From positions 907,207 through 939,206 of the forward strand of contig NZ_LT606950.1 of NCBI RefSeq assembly GCF_900095195.1: DNA of 32,000 bases, written 5' to 3'. The notes under the pieces were generated by a model. That model made no database searches. It saw only the letters and a list, made by a program, of their open reading frames with translations, and had not been told where the DNA came from. This DNA is from Polynucleobacter necessarius. Its GTDB lineage: Bacteria > Pseudomonadota > Gammaproteobacteria > Burkholderiales > Burkholderiaceae. Both the position numbers and the translations under genes were made by a program. Positions 18,464-26,442 of the stretch are shown one piece after another (position 1 is the stretch's first letter; the number at the start of each line of letters is the position of its first letter).

Positions 18464-18763
18464 ATGTCACAACACGATACATTGTTAGCTGCATTCGAAA
18501 CATACAAAGCTGAAAACGAAAAGTTTATTGAAAGGGGTATTAAGGCATCTGCAGCGCGTGCACGTAAGGCCTTACAAGAAATTGCTGGTGCTTGCAAAGA
18601 GCGTCGCAAAGAAATTACCGCTACTAAATACTCGGAACTCTTTGCCCAAGCGTGTAACTCGTTCAAGAAACGGAAATGGTTGCACCAGTACGTGGCGCTC
18701 GCATTGTTCTGGTTGATCCGAGTGGGGGTGGCGTACGCGCCAATATGCCAGCATCCTGGTTAG
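18464..18763 (+). CDS. Hc1-like histone-H1-type small DNA-binding protein; natural stop apparently lost, with read-through into rhodanese sequence
   Basis: GGGAGA Shine-Dalgarno, then MSQHDTLLAAFETYKAENEKFIERGIKASAARARKALQEIAGACKERRKEITATK. This resembles the Hc1 / bacterial histone H1 N-terminal motif (KGNKAAg.RaRKa..el.k.ake.RKe) as I recall it. The ORF then runs ~45 further codons across the inversion junction to 18763. Confidence 0.5.
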   Translation: MSQHDTLLAAFETYKAENEKFIERGIKASAARARKALQEIAGACKERRKEITATKYSELFAQACNSFKKRKWLHQYVALALFWLIRVGVAYAPICQHPG

Positions 18764-19365
18764 CGCAGATGGCATGGGAAGTTTATGCGCTCGATGACGT
18801 CATACCAGAGCAACTTACGGAAACGGGACCTTGGAAAGCGCCATTACCCAAACTACCCGACACCGAAACGGTCGATGCCAAAACGTTGTCGAATTGACTC
18901 AAGACTGATAGCAATACGATTGTGGTAGATTTCAGTACCCACGCTAATTATGTAAAGTGTCATATACCTGGCAGTTGGTATGCTCTGCGCTCGCAGTTAA
19001 GCGAGGCACTCACCAAACTTCCCAAAGTCGATCGCTATGTACTAACGAGCACGCCTGCAGAACTCGGTAAATTTATTGTGAAAGAGATGCAGGCACTTAC
19101 CAGCGCAGAGATTATTGTTCTAGACGGCGGAAATGCCGCATGGATTCAGGCTGGATTAGAGCTAGAAAAAGGCCCTAGCCATTTGGCCTCTCCCCCGCTG
19201 GATCGGTACAAACGTCGGTATGAAGGAGCTAACGTCGATCCTGCGGCCATGCAAGCCTCCCTTGATTGGGAGTTTGGCTTAGTAGAGCAACTAGGCAAGG
19301 ACGGAACCCACCACTTCTGGGTTTTTAAGGCCCCCTTGTTGTTACTGAGAATCGCGCCACTATGA
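18658..19365 (+). pseudogene. Multi-domain rhodanese sulfurtransferase, C-terminal ~235 codons (3' half of the split gene), with an additional nonsense codon
   Basis: The sequence LVQETEMVAPVRGARIVLVDPSGGGVRANMPASWLAQMAWEVYALD.. continues the protein that ends at GFRSVPG on the opposite strand. TAA lies at 18655..18657 at the junction. An in-frame TGA lies at 18895..18897 (TLSN*LKTDSNTIVVDFSTHANY). The tail reads ..DRYKRRYEGANVDPAAMQASLDWEFGLVEQLGKDGTHHFWV. Confidence 0.85.
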
Positions 19366-19670
19366 CCTTACGATTATTGAAAGCAAGCACTCTACTGATT
19401 GGAACTTTATTAATACTGAGTGGTTGCGAACGGGATAGCTATACCACTTGGAGTTGCAAGTCCGATGAACAAGTCAAACTTTCTATGATTCTGCGCAAGG
19501 CTCAGATGGAATCTCAGGATAGCAAACTCAATTTTTGCGGCAGTCTTGGTAATCAGAGCTATTTTGATCAACATTGTCAGACACAAACGACGCAATCAAG
19601 TGCAGTATTCACACCTTCTTCTGGAAAGTTAGTAATCAAAGGGCAAGAATTTCAGTGCACCGTCCTCTAA
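19362..19670 (+). CDS. Lipoprotein of unknown function
   Basis: Intact 102-aa ORF with the lipobox LILSGC (MTLRLLKASTLLIGTLLILSGCERD). Its start ATG overlaps the stop of the dead rhodanese gene (ATGA). Confidence 0.6.
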   Translation: MTLRLLKASTLLIGTLLILSGCERDSYTTWSCKSDEQVKLSMILRKAQMESQDSKLNFCGSLGNQSYFDQHCQTQTTQSSAVFTPSSGKLVIKGQEFQCTVL

Positions 19671-19679
19671 AACGCCCTC

Positions 19680-19902
19680 ATGAACAAAATTAGCCCAAAG
19701 AAATTATTACTCAGCAAGTGGACTGCAAGTGCAGCCGATTGCTAAACAAAAGCATTTTTTAGTAAGTAAGGTGATTACGCTAGAAATACCAGAGCAACCC
19801 ATTGAACTCGTCGAGATTGAGTCGGTTTACAGCAAGAAAACAACTCGGATTGCCTGGCGAGACCTCATGGATACTGATCGCTGGATCCAAGGCTGGAAAT
19901 GA
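19680..19902 (+). pseudogene. TIGR02450-like tryptophan-rich small conserved protein, single frameshift
   Basis: MNKISPKKLLLSKWTA.. shifts at ~19735 to ..AKQKHFLVSKVITLEIPEQPIELVEIESVYSKKTTRIAWRDLMDTDRWIQGWK*. The span is 223 nt, not a multiple of 3. The family assignment is from memory of the KKLLxSKWTA...W..GW pattern. Confidence 0.6.
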
Positions 19903-19930
19903 AAAAACCGCCTCAATACTTCGAGGCGGT
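19901..19930 (-). terminator. Rho-independent terminator of the phasin-like gene
   Basis: ACCGCCTCaatacttcGAGGCGGT is an 8-bp stem. On the minus strand it is followed by TTTTTT (A-run 19902..19907 on plus). It overlaps the stop of the TIGR02450-like pseudogene. Confidence 0.8.
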
Positions 19931-19952
19931 CTTGGCAAAAGAAGTTAACAAA

Positions 19953-20477
19953 TCAATCTTTCTTCTTCGACCCCGATGATTTCTTCACAAGGTCATCCAG
20001 TCCTTTTTCGGCGTTTGCAGCTACTTCATTCACAATGCGGCGACCTTCTTTAAACATCTTTTGACCTGCTTCAGACATGTCATTGACTACCTTCGATAGC
20101 TTCTCTGCTTGAACTGGCATTTTGCTCTCAGCATCTTCTAGCCACGTGACGAGTGAACTACGTACTTTTTCTAAATGCTTTTCAGTCTCGTCGGCGGCGC
20201 CATCACCTAATTCTTTCAGAACAGCCTTAACTTTCTTTTGATAAGCAGCAGCACGTTTAGCCGCTTCTTTTGCCGCCTCTTCTTGCAAGCTCTTTAACTT
20301 TTCAAGATCATTTTTCGCAGCAGACTTAGCGCTTTCAAGCGCATTCTTCATTCCCCACTCAATCTCCGCCATGTGGTTGTCACTTAGCTTTTTCGCAGCC
20401 TCTAGCAAAGTATGGGAATAATCAAAAAGCTCTTTTGCTTTTTCACGTTGCCATTTTTGCAAATCTTTTGCATCCAT
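19953..20477 (-). CDS. Alpha-helical, charge-rich protein, possibly phasin-like (PHA granule-associated)
   Basis: Intact 174-aa ORF rich in A, K, E and L with coiled-coil character (..LESAKSAAKNDLEKLKSLQEEAAKEAAKRAAAYQKKVKAVLKEL..) and a basic tail (SSGSKKKD). The phasin call is a weak compositional and contextual guess. Confidence 0.35.
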   Translation of the reverse strand: MDAKDLQKWQREKAKELFDYSHTLLEAAKKLSDNHMAEIEWGMKNALESAKSAAKNDLEKLKSLQEEAAKEAAKRAAAYQKKVKAVLKELGDGAADETEKHLEKVRSSLVTWLEDAESKMPVQAEKLSKVVNDMSEAGQKMFKEGRRIVNEVAANAEKGLDDLVKKSSGSKKKD

Positions 20478-20585
20478 TTTTCAAGCTCCTATACGTTAGG
20501 GGTTTAACAAACAGTTCTATACCTACTCTATACCGAAATTGGAGACCTGCCAATTCCCACGAATTTAAGGCATTAAAATGACAAT

Positions 20586-20975
20586 ATGACACACAGACAG
20601 ACTATTTATGAGTCCATTGGGGGAATCGACAAAGTCGATGAATTAGTAGACCGTTTTTACGACCTCATGTCTCTAGAGCCACAGTTTGCAGCCCTTCGGG
20701 CGATGCATCCACAGGATTTAAGCACTTCTCGAGAAAAGCTGAAATTCTTCCTCACAGGCTGGATGGGTGGCCCCGACATATATTCCCCCAAATATGGCCA
20801 TCCCATGCTTCGCGCTCATCACTTACCATTCAAAATTGGTGTTGTAGAGCATGATCAATGGTTAGCCTGCATGTACCGCTCTCTCGCGGAATGCGGCGTT
20901 GAAGGGAATGTTGCCAAGCAGTTGGAAGAATCGCCTTTCAATACTGCTAACTGGATGCGAAACCAGCCCAACTAA
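20586..20975 (+). CDS. glbO: Group II truncated haemoglobin (trHbO)
   Basis: Intact 129-aa ORF: TIYESIGGIDKVDELVDRFYDLM, MHPQDL..SREKLKFFLTGWMGGPDIYSPKYGHPMLRAHHLPFKIG..HDQWLACM. Confidence 0.85.
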   Translation: MTHRQTIYESIGGIDKVDELVDRFYDLMSLEPQFAALRAMHPQDLSTSREKLKFFLTGWMGGPDIYSPKYGHPMLRAHHLPFKIGVVEHDQWLACMYRSLAECGVEGNVAKQLEESPFNTANWMRNQPN

Positions 20976-21941
20976 CTAGTCGAGCTTGGCTCCCGCCTGT
21001 TTGACTGCTTTGGCCCAACGAGGCATTTCTGCAGTAAGGTATTTCGTGAACTGATCGGCATTGAGATAGGCTGGATCTGCGCCTTGATCAATCATTTTTT
21101 TCTGAATATCTGGCGATTCAAGCGTTTCTTTAAACGCCAAACTCAATTTATTCACCACATAAGGTGGAGTCCCTTTTGAAGCGAGAATTCCATAAAAGCC
21201 CACCACTTCTAAAGTGGCTACACCAGTCTCTAGGACGGTTGGCGTATTCGGAAGTGCAGGATTTCGTTTTGCACTGGTTACTGCAAGGGCCTTCACTTTG
21301 CCCTGTTTTGCATAAACTGCCGCTTGGGGCACTGACTCTGCCATAAATTGCACGTGACCCGCGATCAAATCGGTAAAAGCTGGCGCACCTCCCTTAAATG
21401 GGAGGTGCACCATGAATATTCCCGTTTCGCTTTTGAGCATCTCAAGAACCAAATGGGAAATTCCACCGTTACCAGCAGAACCATAATTGAGCCTCCCTGG
21501 ATTTGCTTTGGCATAGGTAACAAACTCTTTTAATGAATTTGCTGCGACATCCTTATTAACAATTAATGCAAGTGGTTGTTGAGCAGTTCTTGCAATCGGC
21601 TGAAAATCGCGCAACGTATCGTATGGTGATTTGGTATAAATCGCTGGATTAATCACCATGGTGCCAGTGTTGGCCAGCAACACGGTGTAGCCATCTGCAG
21701 GAGACTGCATCACGAATTGAGCACCCACCGCCCCACCTGCACCTACTTTGTAATCCACAATGACTGGTTGGCCTAAAACGGTTTGCAACTTATCACTTAA
21801 TAAACGAATGTGCGCATCCAAAGGTCCGCCAGCCGGAAAGCCGATGATGATTTTGATGGGCTTATCAGGATACGCCGCGCAGCTATAGCCGTGAGCCAAA
21901 AACAATACAACGCTAAGTAAGCAATACCGAATCACTTGCAT
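20976..21941 (-). CDS. Bug/TctC-family tripartite tricarboxylate transporter substrate-binding protein (intact copy)
   Basis: Uninterrupted 321-aa ORF with a signal peptide. Motifs are IKIIIGFPAGGPLD, VDYKVGAGGAVG and GSAGNGGISHLVLEMLK, with the C-terminus EMPRWAKAVKQAGAKLD. Confidence 0.9.
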   Translation of the reverse strand: MQVIRYCLLSVVLFLAHGYSCAAYPDKPIKIIIGFPAGGPLDAHIRLLSDKLQTVLGQPVIVDYKVGAGGAVGAQFVMQSPADGYTVLLANTGTMVINPAIYTKSPYDTLRDFQPIARTAQQPLALIVNKDVAANSLKEFVTYAKANPGRLNYGSAGNGGISHLVLEMLKSETGIFMVHLPFKGGAPAFTDLIAGHVQFMAESVPQAAVYAKQGKVKALAVTSAKRNPALPNTPTVLETGVATLEVVGFYGILASKGTPPYVVNKLSLAFKETLESPDIQKKMIDQGADPAYLNADQFTKYLTAEMPRWAKAVKQAGAKLD

Positions 21942-21962
21942 GGCATTTACCTCAAAAGTTGT

Positions 21963-23177
21963 TTAAAGAGCTTGAGCACAAGCATGCCAGCTTACCCAAG
22001 CCCATTAAAATTATACCCACCGAGATGCCCGGTGACATCCACACACTCTTCAATGAAATATAAACCAGGATGTTTACGAGATCCCGTCCTTTGGCTGTCG
22101 AGCTCTTTGGTATCGACCCCACCCAACATCACTTCCGCCTTTTTCCAACCTAAAGTGCCTGCAGGTTTTACTGTCCAATTGGTGATGAGGTCTTTGAGCG
22201 CTTGGCGATCCTTTTCAGAAACTTCCGCCCATTTACGACCCAACAAACCACTACGCTCAGCAAATGCTTTTGCTGAGCGTAGTGGCAATGCCAGTGCCAG
22301 AAGATTTTCAGTCAACTTCAGACGATTCTCATCGGCATTAAACAAGGCATCGCAGTCAATACCAAATTTCTCACTATCTGCCAGCCAATTCACAGTGACT
22401 GGCTCACCCTCCACCCAATAAGCTACTTGCTTGTAAAACTGCCGGGCCAGACAAGCCTTTGTGCGTCAGCAATAGATCTTCATAGAAATGGCCAACGCCA
22501 TAACGTTGACCTTTTGCTCCAGAGCCAATCTGTACTGGCACACTTAAGCCGGCAAGCTCATTGAGATTTCCAAAGGTATCGGCAGTAAACGAGAGTGGCA
22601 CTAAAGCAGGTCGTGGGTCAACGACTTGGAGACCAAACTGTTTGGCGATATCCAATGAATATGCCGTTGCTCCGATTGCTGGCACAGGTAGCCCACCCGT
22701 AGCCATAACTACCGATCTGGTTTTTTCTAAACCGCGATTGGTTTGTACGAGCCATAAATCGCCCTCTTGAGTAATTGACTCTACGGATACTGGATTACGA
22801 ATGGTGACATTACCTTTTGTACATTCCGCAAACAACATGTCAATAATTTGCTTTGCCGAGTCATCGCAGAATAATTGTCCTTGTGCTTCTCGTGATACGA
22901 AATGTTCGTATGCCTTAACCAGCTTGATAAATTCAGAAGAGGGATATCGTGCCAGCGCGCTCTTCACAAAATGAGGGTTGAGAGACAGAAAGTTTGCTGG
23001 GCCACTATGAAGATTGGTGAAGTTGCATCGCCCTCCACCACTAATGCGGATTTTTTCACCCAATACGGGAGCATGGTCCACTACCAGCACTCTCTTTCCG
23101 AGTTGCCCAGCGCCCCCCGCACAAAAAAGGCCTGCAGCGTCACCACCAATGATGACGGCATCCCAAGTCTTATTCAT
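21963..23177 (-). pseudogene. HI0933/aminoacetone-oxidase-like FAD flavoprotein, two frameshifts and a damaged dinucleotide-binding motif
   Basis: The N-terminus reads WDAVIIGGDAAGLFCA, where GxGxxG has Asp in place of the second Gly. It also has RISGGGRCNFTN. A shift at ~22420 changes ..LQASS to AYWVEGEPVTVNW. A second shift near ~21995 changes GGYNF to WAWVSWHACAQAL* (stop 21963..21965). Confidence 0.85.
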
Positions 23178-23180
23178 GTT

Positions 23181-23693
23181 CTACTCAAATCGATCAATGA
23201 TCTCAGAGGAGATATTGAGTTTTTTCATGTGCAACTTGGTATATGCCTGACGAAAGTTCTTTGTCATCGATATCATGACCGAAGCAGTCCAGGAAAATGC
23301 AAACATGCCGGAGAAAGCGATGATGACTGCTAACATTTTCCAGCCGTCTGGAAGAATATCTTCCATAAAACCCATCGCGGTGTAAGTGCTACCACTAAAT
23401 AGAATGCATTGACCCAACCCCGGGATCAACTTGAATCCATAGAGCGCAAATCCCCAAATCAGAATCTCAGCAACATGCGTTAGGAATAGATACAGCACGC
23501 TGATATAAAAACAGATGGCAACACTAGAGTATTTTTTCTCGGCCAAATACAAAAAGGTATTCACTTCATAACGCTTCGCAATCTGCAGCAGCACTATCCC
23601 ATGAAAAATCATGACGACGAGGAGCATAAAACCGCCCAGTAAATAGCCTGGTAGGTCTATTGCAGTAGCTAAATTCATGTGCGCGAAACTCAT
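23181..23693 (-). CDS. Ion-channel-like membrane protein (two-TM pore-type, degenerate selectivity filter)
   Basis: Intact ORF with TM helices flanking a pore-loop-like segment, ILFSGSTYTAMGFMEDILP (compare F.FS..T.TTvGfGDi.P of K+ channel family proteins). The ORF opens at 23777, but the ATGs at 23693 or 23678 are likelier starts. Confidence 0.5.
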   Translation of the reverse strand: MSFAHMNLATAIDLPGYLLGGFMLLVVMIFHGIVLLQIAKRYEVNTFLYLAEKKYSSVAICFYISVLYLFLTHVAEILIWGFALYGFKLIPGLGQCILFSGSTYTAMGFMEDILPDGWKMLAVIIAFSGMFAFSWTASVMISMTKNFRQAYTKLHMKKLNISSEIIDRFE

Positions 23694-23740
23694 TGATTGA
23701 TTCAGTGTTTTTGAGTATTTTAACGGCCTTAAAACCGCCA

Positions 23741-24599
23741 TTAGGCCAATTGATACCAATTTTGGATCACATTCCAAGCTTCTTTAGCGGTATCCACAAA
23801 ATGAATAGCCCGCATATCTTCCTGGTCAATGACTCCAAACTCGACCATTTTCCTGAAGTTCACCATCGCATTCCAAAATTCTTTACCCAGCAAGATTACC
23901 GGGATCTGAGCAACCTTTTTCGTTTGGATCAGTGTCAAGACTTCAAATAATTCATCAAACGATCCAAATTCACCAGGGTAGGCAACAGTTGCGCGAGCGC
24001 GCAACATGAAATGCATCTTTCGCAACGCAAAGTAATGAAATCGAAAACTCAACCCTGGACTGATATAGGCATTAGGATGCTGCTCTCTTGGAAGACTGAT
24101 GTTAAAACCAATCGTCTCGTGTCCCTGCTTCAAAGGCACCACGATTGGCGGCCTCCATAATTCCTGGTCCACCACCCGTACATATATGTAACTTATTTGA
24201 AGACTGTTGTTGAGTTGCATTGTATTGTGCAACGAGGCGCCCAAATTCTCGAGCCGACTCATAGTACTCGCTATGCAAGAGAGCTTGTTTAGCGGTCTCT
24301 TTTTCCGCAGACGTCTTTGCCTCCTGCTGCAATTGTTCAGCACGCTCACGACTGACAAAGCGAGTAGACCAAAATACGGTAATCGTATGATCGATGCCCC
24401 GCTCTTTTAGCAAAATCTCAGGCTTCAGTAATTCAAGCTCAAACCGAATGCCAATCGTCTCTCGGCGAGATAGAAAGGCTTCATCGTCAAAAGCAAACTT
24501 ATAGGAATCAACCGATTCCTCTTCGGCCAACTGATTCTTATGAAGATCCAAGAACTCCATAATAGTCTGGGCATTGTTAATGGGAAGTTTTGGACTCAT
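23741..24599 (-). pseudogene. LOG/TIGR00730-family nucleotide 5'-monophosphate nucleosidase (YgdH/PpnN-like), frameshifted
   Basis: ORF 24102..24599 ends ..ICTGGGPGIMEAANRGAFEAG. At ~24110 the homology shifts to the frame of ORF 23741..24358: ..ETIGFNISLPREQHPNAYISP..FHYFALRKMHF..ATVAYPGEFGSFDELFEVLTLIQT. Confidence 0.8.
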
Positions 24600-24765
24600 G
24601 GTTACACCTTAAAACAATCTGGTTTCATCTTACCCGCACTCTCTTTTACCTCAGTATTAACACCTATTTTTTACGTAGGAATAAGCCAAAAAGACCGCGA
24701 AGGATTTACTGGGGACCTAAGTAGGGTTAATATTGGCAGAGTTAAACCAAACCGAAGGAAAATCC

Positions 24766-24954
24766 ATGAGTAACCGTTCAATCCTCATTATGGTACTAGT
24801 GTTAGTTGGTGCCACTGCCTACTTACTTTTAAAAGGCGACGGCAATATTGATATGGGCGGTGAAAAGCATGGCGCTGAAGCAACTCATGTTGAAGAAGCA
24901 AAGAAAGATGCACCAGCCGCTCCCGCTGCCCCAGCAGCAGATACGAAGAAATAA
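24766..24954 (+). CDS. Small single-pass membrane protein with a Pro/Ala-rich, Lys-terminated tail
   Basis: The start region is AAGGAAAATCC-ATG. The protein reads MSNRSILIMVLVLVGATAYLLLKG..HVEEAKKDAPAAPAAPAADTKK*. A strong terminator follows. Confidence 0.55.
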   Translation: MSNRSILIMVLVLVGATAYLLLKGDGNIDMGGEKHGAEATHVEEAKKDAPAAPAAPAADTKK

Positions 24955-24970
24955 TTCTTCCACGACAACA

Positions 24971-24997
24971 AAAAACCGCGGTGTACCGCGGTTTTTT
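24971..24997 (+). terminator. Rho-independent terminator
   Basis: aaaaaCCGCGGtgtaCCGCGGtttttt: a perfect 6-bp GC stem (extendable by A:T pairs), a 4-nt loop and a T6 run. Confidence 0.85.
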
Positions 24998-25008
24998 ATA
25001 CTCTCTAA

Positions 25009-25291
25009 ATGAAAAAATTACTTTTTTCTCTTCTCCTATTAAGGATTTCTGAACTTTGCATCAGTCAAACCAACAGTACCCCCAAACGACCCATGAATAC
25101 AATCGCTCCTGCCATGATCTCGTCATTTGCTCCAACCGGTACATTACGCGTTGGCATTAACTTGGGCAATCCCATCTTAGCCAATCAAAATGCAAGCACT
25201 GGTATTTGTCGCCATTGATCCAGTGCGTGGCGCGGACATTAGCTACACTCCTCCCTACATTCAAATTGAAGGGGCTAAAGTAGCCGAGTAA
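25009..25291 (+). pseudogene. Remnant of a family-3 (amino-acid type) ABC substrate-binding protein with internal and 3' deletions
   Basis: A signal peptide plus APTGTLRVGINLGNPILANQNASTG joins directly, and out of frame, to (F)VAIDPVRGADISYTPPYIQIEGAKVAE*. About 60 codons between the two segments are missing, as is the whole C-terminal lobe. Confidence 0.6.
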
Positions 25292-25312
25292 TGTAATTCG
25301 CGCAGTGACCAA

Positions 25313-26442
25313 TCAACACTCATATGTGTGCAAGCGTTCTGGGATGATCACATTACTCCAACCTAGATCATCCCGAATGCATTCCGCCAAAACCGATGCT
25401 GCCTCAGGCTCTCCATGAACGACAAAGACGGTTTTGGGTGGCGATTTAAATCCCCTTAACCAGTCCAATAAGCCTGCTTGGTCGGCGTGAGCAGATAACC
25501 CACCAATCGTATGAATGGATGCTCTCACTTGGACATCCTCTCCAAATAATCGAACTTTTTGAACCCTATCCACTAACCTTCTACCAAGACTTCCGTAGGC
25601 CTGGAATCCAGTAATCACGATTACATTTTGAGATCGCGGTAGATTGTTTGCGAGGTGATGCGCAATGCGGCCTGCATCACACATGCCACTTGCGGAAATA
25701 ATAATCGCCATGCCTTTAATTTTATTAAGGGCTTTGGATTCCTCCACATCAGCAATGAAACGCAGATCTACTGCTGATGGGTTATTTTTATACCAAGTAA
25801 AAGTTGCCTGCGATTGTTGATCCAACTGTGTAAAGTAACGATCTGTTAATTGAGTAGCTGCTGTAGCCATCGGGGAATCCACCCAAACCGCTAGATGCGG
25901 TAAACGACCCCTTCTCACTAAATCCATCAACAAAAATAAGATCTCTTGCGTGCGACCAACCGCAAAAGCGGGTATGACAACATACCCTGCGCTTTCATCG
26001 TACTGCTAATGACCTGCACAAGCTCATCCTCGGTATCACTTAAGGTGCGGTGTAAACGATCGCCATAGGTAGACTCGATCAGCACTACATCCGCCCGATC
26101 AATCATCTCCGGATCTGGCATCAGAACCTTTCCCTTCATGCCAAGATCTCCAGAAAAGACATATCGCTTACGCTGAGCCCCATCCTCCTGAACAGTGAGC
26201 TCTGCAATAGCCGACCCCAAAACATGGCCAGCATTGTGAAACTCTAGCTCAATGCTTGAAGCAATCTCAATCGGTTTTCGATACTCCAATGGCTCAAACT
26301 GAGTCAGCGCATTTTCTACCTCTTGTTTTGAATACAAGGCGACCGACATCTCACCATGCCATTTTCCCAATTTCGCTTTACGCTCAGCATACTCTCTCTT
26401 AAAATCCACTTTATCGATAGGATTTAGAGCGATACTGTTCAC
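25313..26442 (-). pseudogene. MBL-fold beta-CASP ribonuclease-type hydrolase, 5'-truncated and frameshifted
   Basis: Downstream motifs are present (FHNAGHVLGSA, SGDLG, IESTYGDRLH, ..SASGMCDAGRI.., GGLSAHADQAGL, VFVVHGE). The N-terminal ~100+ codons with the HxHxDH motif are absent. A frame change occurs at ~25935-25990 (..KAQG to NVVIPAFAVGRTQEILFLLMD). Confidence 0.8.

Noticed and set aside
18403-18666. An 87-aa minus-strand ORF considered as an independent gene.
   Set aside because: Most of it is antisense to the well-supported Hc1-like gene. Only the first ~8 codons after the junction (WAKSSEYL) look meaningful, as a relic of the DUF1330 tail.
3450-18897. In-frame TGA codons (3450, 11628 and 18895) considered as selenocysteine or as UGA-to-Trp recoding, given the intact selD and the precedent of UGA=Trp in some reduced betaproteobacterial symbionts.
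   Set aside because: Comparable in-frame stops at expected Trp positions are TAG in four other genes. The affected genes also carry frameshifts. TGA is used as a normal terminator of intact genes here (feoA and the small dsbB-coupled ORF). I see no SECIS-like hairpin directly downstream.
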